A DNA stretch of 64,000 nucleotides from Eledone cirrhosa (GCA_964016885.1 OZ024741.1:310992001-311056000), one strand, 5' to 3'; positions 52,340 through 64,000 are shown, counted from the first letter of the stretch. Notes: generated by a model from the letters alone, not told the origin. A program made the numbers and translations.

Positions 52340-53793
52340 TCACTTTCTGAGAAAAAACCCGCAATTTTGTACTTACATGAGATCTTTCAAAAACTAAATG
52401 ATATCAACCTATCTTTGCAAAAGCAGAACATCAACGTTGTACTGCCAAACACTTGATAAGGGCTTTCATGAATAAGCATCTTTCTATGGAAAATTCAAAT
52501 TGAAGATCATACCTTTTCGCAGTTCGAGAGCTTAAAAGCTAGTGTGGTAGATAATGACTTGCACAAATCTATAATCGATCATTTATCTTTCCTTCACAAA
52601 AACTTCAATAATCGTTTTGAAGATCTTTTGGCTTTAAATATCTCAATAATTTTTGTGGATTCTCTTCACACAGTGTCTATGAATGACATACTTCTTCAAC
52701 CAGAATGTCTTCAGATGGAGCTCTGTGAGGCGACGGTAGATGATAATCTGCGTAAATTTTCTGAAACTAACTGGGTCGATGCTTGGTTGAATCATTGACA
52801 AGAATATCCAAAGCTGTTTGAACAAGTCGAGCCTTTCATAATAAATCTCCCTACATCTTACTTGGCTGAAAAGGGATTTTCCATTGTCCTCCACACATAC
52901 ACAAAGCAGTGGAGGCGTTTGATCCTCGACAACAATGCCGATTTGAGACTTCGCTTGAGCCACATAGAGCCGAGGATTTCTAAACTTGTGGATCAAAAAC
53001 AAGCACAAGGGTCTCATTGACAGTTTTTTGACGTGTTGTCTGATGACTTGGTGTAATTGTGTTGACGTTGACATTTTTAATTCAATTCAATTTGTTGTAT
53101 TCCCTCAAACGTTTACACGACCTTTTGTACTGATCCCAACTTAATCTTCGCATTTTTTTAACTTACCCTACACATTATCATATTTAAACTGTACAGCTTT
53201 CCATTTCATCTGAATCATAGGGAGTATTTTCCAGGACTCAGTAACCTTTTTCTACTCGATTCTATCAAATAAAGCTTTAGTGAAAAAATAGACATTTTCA
53301 AATTGGTTTTATTATTGGTGTTCTCATTTGTTTGTTCTCTGTCGTCTTGGTGCTTAAAGGGAACAAAAAAGGAATTTTCATTGCAAAGTGAAAATGGTAT
53401 TGACAATCAAATCGATCTTACCAATTAGAAGTAGAAACTTATTCTCAACATCAATGCTTCATATTTGTCACTGAGATATGAAATCGAAAAAATTCAAATT
53501 AATAACGAATAAGTTATGCGTTGCGTGGTGCAATAGCAAATTCTTTTTTGATCAAGGCATTTGACTTAAAGTGCTGTTCTTATTCTTCGCATAAATACCA
53601 CTTCAGCTGTTTATTTGCGTAGATTTTTAGGCAATGCGACATGATAATATCATTTCTAATTCATTGAAAAAAAAACATCTACTGATGCTTATAAGTAGCA
53701 GTTCTATTACAAAAGATTTAAAAGTTTAGGTGGTCCACAGGAAAAAATTACTTATTTTGGTGGTCCACAGCGAAAAAAGGTTGAGAACCCCTG
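52340..53793 (+). mobile_element. hAT (Buster/Charlie) transposon 3' half: disrupted transposase C-terminus (~52360-53020) and right TIR
   Basis: YLHEIFQKLNDINLSLQ, F..RFEDL, EYPKL, PTSYLAEKGFS and DLRLRLS.IEPRISKLV..KQAQGSH*; terminus AAAAAGGTTGAGAACCCCTG followed by GCTTAGAG (NNNTANNN). Confidence 0.9.
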
Positions 53794-54334
53794 GCTTAGA
53801 GGGTAGGTTACCATAGGCTGGTTAAGTTTAGGCTAGGCTGATTTCCTCAGTCAGTTAGCACTTACTTACGACTTAAATGTTTTACAAGAAGTGTCTTAGA
53901 ATTATCGAAACTATCGGAAAACCTATGGTAATTTTCCCACGAAACAAGAAGGGCCTAAAGTAAAAATGTATCGCCATGATAAACAAAGGATAAGGAAATT
54001 GTAGGTTTTTAAAATTAACGCGTATTAAGTAATGGTGTGGTAGCATTTTGTTAACTGTAAAATCAATTTTACAAATTGTATTTTCTTCACATGCATTTTT
54101 ATTTTATAACTATTTAGTGTTTATTTCCATATTTTATATTTTGTGCAAATAATCAACGGCAAGTATATCTACGGGTGGGGAGATGGTAATGCCTTATTTT
54201 TGGGGGGTGGGGTGGGGTGGGGTCGTGTTAACCGGCGTATATAGGCCTAAACCTGAATTACACCTCAACATTTCAGGGGTCAACCTATGCGCCGGATCAA
54301 CTTGTACGGCGGCATATACGGTATATGTACATAA

Positions 54335-54378
<44 letters not shown>

Positions 54379-54542
54379 TAATAATAGTATTCATACTTTT
54401 ATATGAGTTATATATAATTATAAATATGGAAGGGTAGTATGCTGTTGTTAGAAAGTTAAAATGTTGTCTCTATCATAGCTTTCTACATATAATCTGTATC
54501 TGTATTTGTATTTTGGATGTCTAGCGACATGCGGTATGTTTA

Positions 54543-54972
54543 TCTATGTATATATATATTACTAAATTTCTGTGATTGCTTGCTTGCTTGTCTGTAATGT
54601 AATACGGCTAAAAGGGCGAATAATGGAAAATACTTTGAATGGAAGTTGCCCCTGGAATGGAAATACAAATTGAATAAAACAAGTTTCGCATAAATCGAAC
54701 CACGGTGTCCCGAGATATGCGGTTTTTCCGGTACCTTCATAAAAAAAGAGAGAGAAAGATAGAGAGAAAGAGATAGTGGTTGTGACAGAGTAGATTGAAA
54801 GAGAGACATAGAGAGAGGGAGAGGAGACAGAAACGGAGAATGAAAGAGAGCTGGTGGTGATGTTGTATATATATGAGAGTTGGTTGTGTATATATATGTG
54901 TCTATGTGTGTGTGTGTGTGTCTATGACAAGTCCATATAGGTAACAGACATCCACACATATATATATATACG

Positions 54973-55003
<31 letters not shown>

Positions 55004-55188
55004 GTATACACACACACACATTTATATATATACATCCACACACGTATATATATGGGCCTTCCAATTTCATTTCACATGATATACATGTCTGTGTAAATTT
55101 TAATTATTTAAATATCATTATTATGTGAACGTGATTTCTCAAAAATAATTTGAACTCTACGTGACCCAATGGGTCACGAGTGGTCTAG
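54543..55188 (+). mobile_element. Non-autonomous Helitron
   Basis: 3' hairpin CGTGACCC-AAT-GGGTCACG (55160-55178), then AGTGGT-CTAG|T. The putative 5' end A|TCTATGTATATATAT is less certain. Confidence 0.7.
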
Positions 55189-55191
55189 TCT

Positions 55192-55697
55192 ATCAAAGTT
55201 CTGTTCAAACTATTTATTAGCTTACAATTGTTTCATCCAAACCGTGGTTTGGTGTCTTCGGAGCTTTTTTCAATGTTTGTTTACATACATGACCTCCTTT
55301 CCAGCACAAGAGACATACAGATAGATATATATATACTGATGCACAGTGGGGTGACATCCATTATATTATTTCTGAATGGCAATTTAAATTCAAAAATTAA
55401 AATCATATTAAAACAGAATCAAAGCAAAATTAAAACAACTGTATTTTAATTTGCTTTGATTCTGTTTTAATATGATTTTAATTTTTGAATTTAAATTGCC
55501 ATTCAGAAATAATATAATGGATGTCACCCCACTGTGCATCAGTATATATATATCTATCTGTATGTCTCTTGTGCTGGAAAGGAGGTCCTGTATGTAAACC
55601 AACATTGAAAAAAGCTCCGAAGACACCAAACCACGGTTTGGATGAAAAAATTGTAAGCTAATAAATAGTTTGAACAGAATTTTTGATTCATGTGAAT
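55192..55697. mobile_element. ~490-bp foldback element, copy 1; hammerhead-variant motifs at 55219-55265 (-) and 55613-55659 (+)
   Basis: ~240-bp near-perfect arms, spacer CAACTGTA; AGCT-CCGAAGA-CA-CCAAACC AC GGTTTGG-AT-GAAA-CAATTG-TA-AGCT. Confidence 0.88.
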
Positions 55698-55860
55698 TCT
55701 ATATAACTGCTCTGTAGAACAACTGATGTTATTACATTGAGCTATTTATCTTACTGGTAATAAGGTAGTAATAAATTACTGTCTTTCACTGTTTAGGGTT
55801 TAAAATATATATAACTATAAAATTTTTTAGTATATACATAACCATAAATAGTATCCTTAA

Positions 55861-55898
<38 letters not shown>

Positions 55899-56301
55899 CA
55901 GACACTGTCTTGATAACCACCAGAGTCATAAACGAAGATCGCTGAGACTTACCCATCCTTACCTCTGTTGGAATCCGTTAGAAGGCTCTTCCTCATCAGC
56001 CTCCATTCATAGCTGAAGACTTTTCAATTGTTTATTAATATTATACACCAGACCACCGGTGATCCATTGCATCACATTTACTTTCAAAATGTTTTTTTTT
56101 TAAATCCTGTTCACTTAAACATAATTTTTAAATGATTAAGATATACACAGACATGTATATCATGTGCAATGAAACCGGGTGGTCTATATATATATATACG
56201 TGTGTGTATGTATGTATATAAATGTGTGTGTGTATATCTATATATGTGTGTGTGTGTATATATATATATATGTGTGGGTGTATGTGATCTATATACACTG
56301 G

Positions 56302-56791
56302 TATTTATTAGCTTACAATTGTTTCATCCAAACCGTGGTTTGTACTCTTCGGAGCTTTTTTCAATGTTTGTTTACATACATGACCTCCTTTCCAGCGCAA
56401 GAGACATACAGATAGATATATATATATATTGATGCACAGTGGGGTGACATCCATTATATTATTTCTGAATGGCAATTTAAATTCAAAAATTAAAATCATA
56501 TTAAAACAGAATCAAAGCAAAATTAAAATACAGTTGTTTTAATTTTGTTTTGATTCTGTTTTAATATGATTTTAATTTTTGAATTTAAATTGCCATTCAG
56601 AAATAATATAATGGATGTCACTCCACTGTGCATCAGTATATATATATGTATCTGTATGTCTCTTGTGCTGGAAAGGAGGTCATGTATGTAAACAAACATT
56701 GAAAAAAGCTCCGAAGACACCAAACCTCGGTTTGGATGAAACAATTGTAAGCTAATAAATGGTTTGAACAGAACTTTGATTCATGTGAATT
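56302..56791. mobile_element. ~490-bp foldback element, copy 2; hammerhead-variant motifs at 56310-56356 (-) and 56707-56753 (+)
   Basis: Same arms as copy 1; spacer TACAGTTG is the reverse complement of the copy-1 spacer. Confidence 0.88.
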
Positions 56792-56869
56792 ATCTCTCTC
56801 TCTCTATATATATATATATACATTTAGAAATATTAGAACTATTTCATTGAAATGTAATAATCAGGAAAG

Positions 56870-56920
56870 CCGTTTCCTGATGATTTCTTTGGATGAAACT
56901 ATTCTAGTCCTGTAGAAGCG
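56870..56920 (+). ncRNA. Degenerate hammerhead-like motif (relative at ~50897-50945, minus strand)
   Basis: CGTTTC-CTGATGA-TTTC TTT GGAT-GAAA-CTA TTC TAG-TC-CTGTA-GAAGCG. Confidence 0.45.
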
Positions 56921-57095
56921 ATTTCTATATTAAACATCATATTTACACACACACACAAACACACACGCGCACGCGCGCACGCAAACATATATATATATAT
57001 ATGTGAGTGTGTGTGTGTGTGTGTGTATGTGTGTATGTGTGTATGTGTGAGTGTGTGCGTGTATATAGTAAATATGTAACAAGTTTTTGATATAC

Positions 57096-57226
57096 CTTCT
57101 TGGCAATCGTCACTATCATAACCTGCAGAACATCCATCTGAACAAGTTCTATTTCTCTTGTCAGTCAATGTCGTCGTAACAACGGCATTTCTCTTTACAA
57201 TTAAAACCATACTTTACTAATCGATT
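57096..57226 (-). pseudogene. Disabled EGF-like repeat exon
   Basis: TTTCAG|..|GTATAT; KYGFNCKEKCRCYDDID/DKRNRTCSDGCSAGYDSDDCQE; 131 nt, consistent with two 2-nt deletions. Confidence 0.8.
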
Positions 57227-57360
57227 CTGAAATATATATAAGATTTCTATATTAAACATCATATTTACACACAAACGCCTGCACCCCCACCCCCCACGCA
57301 TATATGTAGGTGCTGTGTATATAGTAATTATTCTAATTATGTAACAAGTTTATGATATAC

Positions 57361-57492
57361 CTTGGCAACTGACACAAGTATAATCTTTAGCACATCCATC
57401 TGAACAAGATCCATTTCACTTGTCACAGTTACTATTGTTGATACAATGGCATGTCCCATTACAACCAAAACCAAACTTTCCTTCTGGGCATT
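57361..57492 (-). pseudogene. EGF-like repeat exon with an in-frame TGA
   Basis: TTTTCAG|..|GTATAT; 132 nt; ECPEGKFGFGCNGTCHCINNSNCDK*NGSCSDGCAKDYTCVSCQ; stop at 57418-57416. Confidence 0.85.
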
Positions 57493-57807
57493 CTGAAAAT
57501 ATCAATATACAGTATATGATAATGTTGAAGATATCATTAATTACATACAGATATCAATGATACAAGTTTATACCAAATTTTAAGATTAAAGTGGTCTTGT
57601 GATAAACATATGAACTTGTATACTTATTGAATATTATATCGATCCTCTATAATATATACATGGATTTTTAGTTCAATTAAATGCAATGTTTAAAATATTA
57701 TGCAAGAAACAAACAATACCATAAGAAACATAAATATATAATCCTAAAAAATCTTACCATATTCTAACAGTCCCTACGATATGTATTTGCGACATTCTTA
57801 CATTTAA

Positions 57808-57858
<51 letters not shown>

Positions 57859-57889
57859 ATATATAGTGTATACATATAAATGCATACAA

Positions 57890-60285
57890 ACATACGTACA
57901 AGTTCTCAAGGGAGATACACTTATACCAGAATGGTTGACATTAGCACAAACAATACTGGTCCCCAAGAACAAATACACGCACTAGGCAAAAAGCAACCGA
58001 CCCATTGCATGCCAGAACCTGATGTATAAGGTGTATACAAGCTGCCTGAACCTATTCCTTCAAGACTCATGTGAAAATAATAACATCATCGTAGATGAAC
58101 AAGCAGCTGAAAAGAAAGGGGCTTTGGGGTGTGATAAACAACTCCTTATCAACAAAACTGCGATGTAGGAGGTGCAACAACGTAGGAGGAATATGGCTAC
58201 AGTCTGGCTGGACTACAGGAAAGGTTTCGATTCTTCTCCTCCTTCTAAAGTTAAAGACAGAGACGGAGGACTCTATTTTCACTGATAAAATAGAATTTCT
58301 CAGAGGTATATTTCAAGGAGACAACATAGATGGGATGAAGAAAAATCTTGACCTGGTTACAACATTCTCAAAGGATATAGAAATAGAGTTTGGTCAAGAT
58401 AAATGTTCATATATGACTGTAAAGTAGGAAAAAACAACAATCCAATCTAGCAACATTGACATCAATGGCCTAACTGTTTCACCGATATCTGATGAGGACT
58501 GTTACAGATACCTGGGGATAGATGAGAACATATCTTATAATGGTATCTGTAATAAGGAACGTGTAACCAGGGAATATTACACCCGATTAAGAAAGATATG
58601 GTCATCGGAACTCTCTGCGCACAATAAAACAGAGGCTCACAATGTATTTGCTGTGCCTGTCCTAACACCAACGTTTGGAATACTCAATTGGACAATAAAC
58701 GAAAACCAAGCAATTGATGTTAGAACTCGAAAAATACTAAACAACACCGGAAACTTCCACATCAACAGTGACATACACCGCCTTTACTTGAAACGTAAGC
58801 AGGGAGGCGTAGGCCTAACATCCGTCCAGACAGCATTTGAATGTCGCATCATATCCCTCCGACAACATCTACCAGCCTCAAAGCGTACGAGCCCGTCTCT
58901 CGAGCAAGTCTATCTGCATGAAACAGATAAGATCATATGAGTTGGGAAGGAACTCCTCGAGAGATATTCCCTGTGTGATAATCAAAAACTCACACCCAGG
59001 GAAGTCGCTAAGCAGTATCGAAGTGAATCCATGGATGAAAAACTGCATGCTTGTCAGCAAATAATCATGAATGGATATGTTGCCAGGAAGCTCCAGAAGG
59101 AGAGTAATATAGATAAACAAAGTAGTCTATCTTGGCCCAACAACCGCTATATTGGCTACCATTTTGAAGGATACGCTTTTGTAATCCAAGAAAAGGAAAT
59201 CAACACGAAAAGAGATAGGGATGCAGGCAAAACACCTAGATGTGATAACAAGTACAGACTGCAGAATTAACATCGAAGATGTCACCCATCTCATAAGCAG
59301 CTGACCAAAGATATCATCGCGCTACTATCTACCTATGAGGCATGATGTAGTGGCCAAAGCACTGTACAATGCAATCCGTAGAAAAGATAGCCCAGATAAT
59401 AAACACATCAAAAGCTACAGCAATGTGGAAGACATACATATACATAATATGAAAGTGTACTGGTGAAATGTTCCTGTTAAAACCCCAATAAAATGCAGGC
59501 ATAATAGACCAAATATAATTGTTTCTACTTTAGGCACAAGGCCAGCAATTACCCAGTGCATTACTGGTACTTTATTTTATGTACCCCGTAAGGATGAAAG
59601 GCAAAGTCAACCTCGGCGGGATTTGAACTCAGATCGTAAAGGGACGTAACTATGCTGGAAAGCATGGCGTCCGACCCTCTACCAATACTGCCAATCCACC
59701 GCCCATAATAGACCAAATATGATGATATGGACAGGGAAAAGAAGGCAGGCACAGTAGTGGAAGTTAGCTGCCAGGCAGATGCCAATATAATGTCAAAGAT
59801 TAGCGAAAAGGGGAATATTTATGCAGAACTAATGAGAAATCTGCTAATACTCAACCCTGATTATACCTTCAGATATATACCTGTGATTATTGGGACACTG
59901 GGATATCTTAGTAACTGCTTTAATACAAATCTTGACAAGCTGGGCTTCACTGCAACAGAAGGAACACTAGTTAGGAAATTACAAGTACAATCCATTAAAG
60001 GAACAGTGAAAATATGTAAAACATTCCAAAAACTTTGCATCTAATAACTGCATATACGCATGTACAGATACAAAGCGTATACACATGCACACACATACAA
60101 CTCCAAACATACACCTCCACACATACAATAACATCCATACTTACACCTGCATGCATGCAGACATGCATACATATCTGACTAGTTGATGTTGTGTAAATTA
60201 CGATGAGATTCTTGTAACTATGTTAGAAACCGCCTCTCTCTCTATTGGCAAACATTTGTGAAATTATAAAACTAGAAGAACATAC
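57890..60285 (+). mobile_element. Internally deleted R4/Dong-type RLE retrotransposon (different subfamily)
   Basis: IPEWL..T.LVPK, WLDYRK, RGIFQGD, FGQDKC, YRYLG, DIHRLYLKRKQGG.GL, RHD, HNRP and PVIIGTLG. Confidence 0.88.
59517..59703 (-). mobile_element. Full-length SINE with 17-bp TSD CATAATAGACCAAATAT, inserted in the RLE endonuclease motif
   Basis: TSD at 59500-59516 and 59704-59720. Confidence 0.95.
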
Positions 60286-60294
60286 ATATATATA

Positions 60295-61117
60295 TCTAAA
60301 CTATAATAAAGTAAGGACTGCGGGACTGCGTATGGTTTATTTCTTATAATCCTGTCAGTAAAATAAGTTGGATTACTTTGAATAAATAATGAATGAATAT
60401 TTCATAATTTATGTCCTGAAAATATAAATAATTTCAAATTTTCATTCACTTGTCTACACTTCCGGTATATCGTCGCCACCACCAACACTTCAACTACCAT
60501 GTATATACAAAGGGAGAGTGTGTGATGAGAGCGATAGAGAGATTATGATTTTCTACACGCTGAAGCGTATGAGTGTGCACATACATACATCTATATGTAT
60601 GAGTATATAACTATTATGAGTATATCTAAACTATAATAAAGTAAGGAGCGCGGGAATGCGTACGGTTTATAATTTTTTATCCCATTAGTAAAATAAGTTG
60701 GATTACTTTGAATAAATAACGAATGAATATTACATAATTTACCTTCTAAATTTTGTCGCTTTTCATTAAATATATTTTGTTTATTTAAAGATTCACTTCT
60801 TTAAAATTTCTGATATGTCAACACTTCTGGTTGGCCATCGCTTAAATAAACATACTAAATGTCACTAATTTTCTCCTAATGCAGTTTATATATAATATAA
60901 TATAATATATATATTTTTTTTAATGTATCATGGATTAAGTTACTGATTAAATAAGATAGTGTAACGCAGTCTTCGTTCGATTTCTATGTATTATATATTG
61001 TCAATTACGATTTTATTTGATGTATCATATCTACATGTATATATACCTGCGTATAATATCAATATACACACTACACCTGCCAGCAGAAAACCAGCCGAAG
61101 GGTAGTTTTTCTGCTAG
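60295..61117 (+). mobile_element. Non-autonomous Helitron with a duplicated 5' segment (60295 and 60625) and a single 3' end
   Basis: A|TCTAAACTATAATAAAG occurs twice, heading a ~115-bp direct repeat; terminal hairpin AGCAGAAAA..TTTTCTGCT ends in CTAG|T at 61114-61117. Confidence 0.6.
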
Positions 61118-61404
61118 TAATAATAATCGCGCAAACAAACTTATAAAAATACATGCTCACATACATTCACACAAATTCAGATACTTTCACACATACGTTC
61201 ACACAAACATACAAACATTCACACATATACATTTACACAAACACACACATACAATCATGATAGCAGCGTTTGGTGAATTGGAAAAGGGAGGGTAAAGCAA
61301 GTATAACGTTTTATTTATTCATTAACACTTTACTTATTTATTAACTCTTTTTTTTAAAAACTCATTTAATATAATGGTTACTGAACGAAAACACTAACAA
61401 ATAC

Positions 61405-61782
61405 AATTTTTTTTTACTTTTGGCACAAGACCAGCAATTATACCATTGTATTACTGGTACTTTATTTTATCGACCCCGTAAGGATGAAAGGCAAAGTTAA
61501 CCTCGGTGGAATTTGAACTCAGATCGTAAAGGGCCGTAATTCTATGCTGCTCCAAAGCATGGCATCCGACCCTCTACCGAAACTGCCAATCCACCACCCT
61601 TTTAATAATTGTTTCTACTTTTGGCACAAGGCCAGAAATTATCCCAGTGCATTACTGGTACTTTATTTTATCGACCCCGTAAGGATGAAAAGTTAACCTC
61701 GACGGGATTTGAACTCAGACCATAAATGGACGAAACTATGCTGGAAAGCATGGCGTCCGACCTTCTACCGATACTGCCAATT
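61405..61782 (-). mobile_element. Two tandem SINE copies
   Basis: SINE consensus twice (~61405-61600 and ~61603-61782). Confidence 0.92.
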
Positions 61783-61989
61783 CAATATATTATATACAAA
61801 GGAAAGGGAAAGGAAATAAGAAAGAGAAAAATTACACAAGCACGTAATACACGCATTTTAGACCACATAGAACAAAATGCAGGCGAAAGAGTGGAAAAAG
61901 AGCCGCTACCAGAGCAAAACATATCATTATAGCGAGGAGCACTGGGAAACCACTCTAATAATTTTTGAGGCAGGCCACCACACTCGAAA

Positions 61990-62300
61990 CGTTAACTGGG
62001 GTGATGGCGATCTGAGGTGCTGGGACAACCAAGTGCCCTCACGAGCATCACCAGTTACTTCTGTTTGGCGCGCCGCCAGTGAAGATAAGAATCTGGCTGT
62101 CAGTAGCCCGACTCACCCAAACGTCTTGAACGTCACAGGCTTGATTATGTAGTTAGCTGACAGAACACGGTATTTTAGGATTTTGTTCCGGTCAGCTGCA
62201 TCCAGGATGTGGGAAGAAGCAAAAGAGTAACTAACTGTGACGTCCCAGGTAAGGAACCTGCTCTTGACGAGGAATACAGAGTAATGCCGTCAGGTCTTTT
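61990..62300 (-). mobile_element. Possible decayed RTE endonuclease N-terminal fragment
   Basis: RFLTWDVT (TWNV-like) and G.GLLT remnants only. Confidence 0.3.
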
Positions 62301-62574
62301 TCTCATCCTTTCAGGACAACCGAGATGGGTCCAAAATTGAGGGGATGTTTGCACGGGCCAAAGCTCTAAAGTGGTAGTAGGACAGTGTGTGTATGTGCGC
62401 GCGCGTGAGTTTGTCGGCGTTCTTAAATTAGAGACACGTATGTGTGTCTCACTGTTATTAAGTTAGACATATATGTATGTATCCCTTTCCTTCCTTTTAC
62501 ACACACATACACTCACACAAACACACAAACACATTGCGTGATGGACGGGTGGACAGAAGTCCCTTAAATTTATA

Positions 62575-63210
62575 TACATGTGAATGGATTTCTACTGAAG
62601 CAGTTAGAGAAATCTAAGTATCTTGGAGCCATGTTCATGAGTGATGGAATGCAGGAGGCTGAATTAAGTGCAAGAATTGCAAAAGCTGATGCAGTAATGC
62701 ACCAGCCTCAGCAAGAAGATGAAGAGGGTAGGTGTAAAAGCCAAACTCGCTTTCTTCCTAGTATTCCTGCCAAATCTTACTGAGGATCATGAATCTTGAG
62801 TAATGACCAAAAGAATACAATTGCAAATAAAAGTGGCAGAAATGGGATTCCTCCGAAGAGTCTTTGGAGTAACGTTACTTGATAAAATGCATAGCTCAGT
62901 GACCAGAGAGTCTCTCCTGGTAGAGCCGCTACTTTTCCGAATAGAGAGAGCACAACTCCGATATTATGTGGCTGGAATGTCTCAGTAAAGAATCGCTGGA
63001 CACATTTTACAGGCAAAATCAAGCGGTAAGAGATTCAGAGGTAGAACCTGAGCAAGATAGTTGGATAACATCCATGAGCTTGGCTGGTCACGCTTTGGGA
63101 TCCAGCTGGATCGGTTAGAGATGTTTGCTACCGACAGCTTCGCTGGAAAGGAGTGTTTGAGAAGTACACTGTCCCCACAACCTTCTCAGAATAAGTGGGT
63201 GAAGAAGATA
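62575..63210 (+). mobile_element. RTE (BovB-like) ORF 3' fragment
   Basis: KYLG, RIAKA, AEMGFLRRVFGVTLLDK, IERAQLRY and RGR..LDNI. Confidence 0.85.
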
Positions 63211-63229
63211 TTGTCAATTTACTTTTCAA

Positions 63230-63319
63230 TTTACATATATCTATATGCATATATATTTGCGTATTATGCACACTACACATGCTAGCAGAAAACCGCCCTT
63301 GGGGCGGTTTTTCTGTTGG
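63230..63319 (+). mobile_element. Helitron 3'-end fragment of the 61020-61117 family
   Basis: CACTACAC..AGCAGAAAACCGCCC TTG GGGCGGTTTTTCTGTTGG|T. Confidence 0.55.
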
Positions 63320-63384
63320 TATATATAATGTTAGTATTAATATTATAGTTATAATATAACTGGTATACTGATTCACTGAATTAT

Positions 63385-63825
63385 CTAAACTATCGCAAAA
63401 ATACGGTAATTTCCCCACGAAACAAAACAGGCCGAAAGTAAAAATATATCGCCATGTAATACTGATACACAGAGGATTAGGAATATTTAGGTTTTTTAAA
63501 TTACCGTGTATCAAGTCACGGTGTGGTAGCATATTGTTCACTAATAAAACAGTTCACTTATATCATTTTGTTAAATCTAAAATAAATTTTACAAATTGTA
63601 CTTTCCTCACATGCATTTTTAATTTACAACTATTTAGTGTTTATTTCCATGTTTTATATTTTGTGCAAATAAACAACAGCAAGCATATCTACGGCTGGGG
63701 AGATGGTAATGCCTTACACCTGGGGTGTCGTCTCAACCGGCGTATATAGGCCTGAACCTGAATTACACCTCAGAATTTGATGGGCAACCTATGCTGCGGA
63801 TCAACTTTTACACCTGCATATACGA
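63385..63825. mobile_element. Second copy of the right end of the pogo/Tigger-like element (53905-54321)
   Basis: Collinear similarity over ~430 bp, ending ATCAACTTTTACACCTGCATATACGA. Confidence 0.75.
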
Positions 63826-64000
63826 TATATGTATAAATGTATTTATATACACATACATATATATATATATATATATTAATGAACATCCAAGAATTTAACT
63901 GCTGTGATTTACGGATTAATAGGTGAAATATATTTCTTACTTAAAGAAATATATAGAAAGAAGATTAATCACTTTAAAAAGTATCTGTACTTGAAGTTCT

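Larger units (their letters stand above)
51645..54321. mobile_element. pogo/Tigger-like non-autonomous DNA element with nested insertions
   Basis: Left TIR CCGTATATACCGCCGGACAAGTCGA versus right TIR (reverse complement) CCGTATATGCCGCCGTACAAGTTGA, 3 mismatches in 25; TA follows the right TIR. Confidence 0.65.

Noticed and set aside
55945-56015. Minus-strand CTGATGA-GGAA..TTCC and GTAAG donor-like sites
   Set aside because: No GAAA follows the stem, and there is no convincing exon.
60205-60240. CGATGA...GAAACCG in the Dong 3' UTR
   Set aside because: The core and stems do not fit a hammerhead.

Overview
Eukaryotic, repeat-saturated DNA, most likely a coleoid cephalopod (octopod-type SINE, R4/Dong, RTE and Penelope content; the taxon is my inference). 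I found no intact host gene. Bases 1-25,500 are a nested pile of non-LTR retrotransposons: a CR1 fragment, five L1/Tx1 copies all on the minus strand, two R4/Dong-type RLE copies on the plus strand, and one full-length RTE with a 7-bp TSD. Many junctions lie in (AAT)n tracts. Bases 26,000-57,000 are (TA)n-rich and hold four Penelope-like elements plus many short foldback elements carrying hammerhead-ribozyme motifs: canonical minimal type I, a CCGAAGA variant in two ~490-bp palindromes with inverted spacers, a version with a ~200-nt stem II, versions with a displaced stem I, and half-hammerheads. This hammerhead/foldback set is the most interesting signal. Also present: a hAT (Buster/Charlie) remnant nested in a pogo/Tigger-like element, non-autonomous Helitrons and about 12 SINE copies. 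Host-derived remnants are three disabled phase-1 EGF-repeat exons, a decayed phospholipid-scramblase-like sequence and an EKT-coding minisatellite, all on the minus strand. Everything was read by eye, so element boundaries are approximate, typically within tens of bases. No ribozyme activity can be shown from sequence alone.
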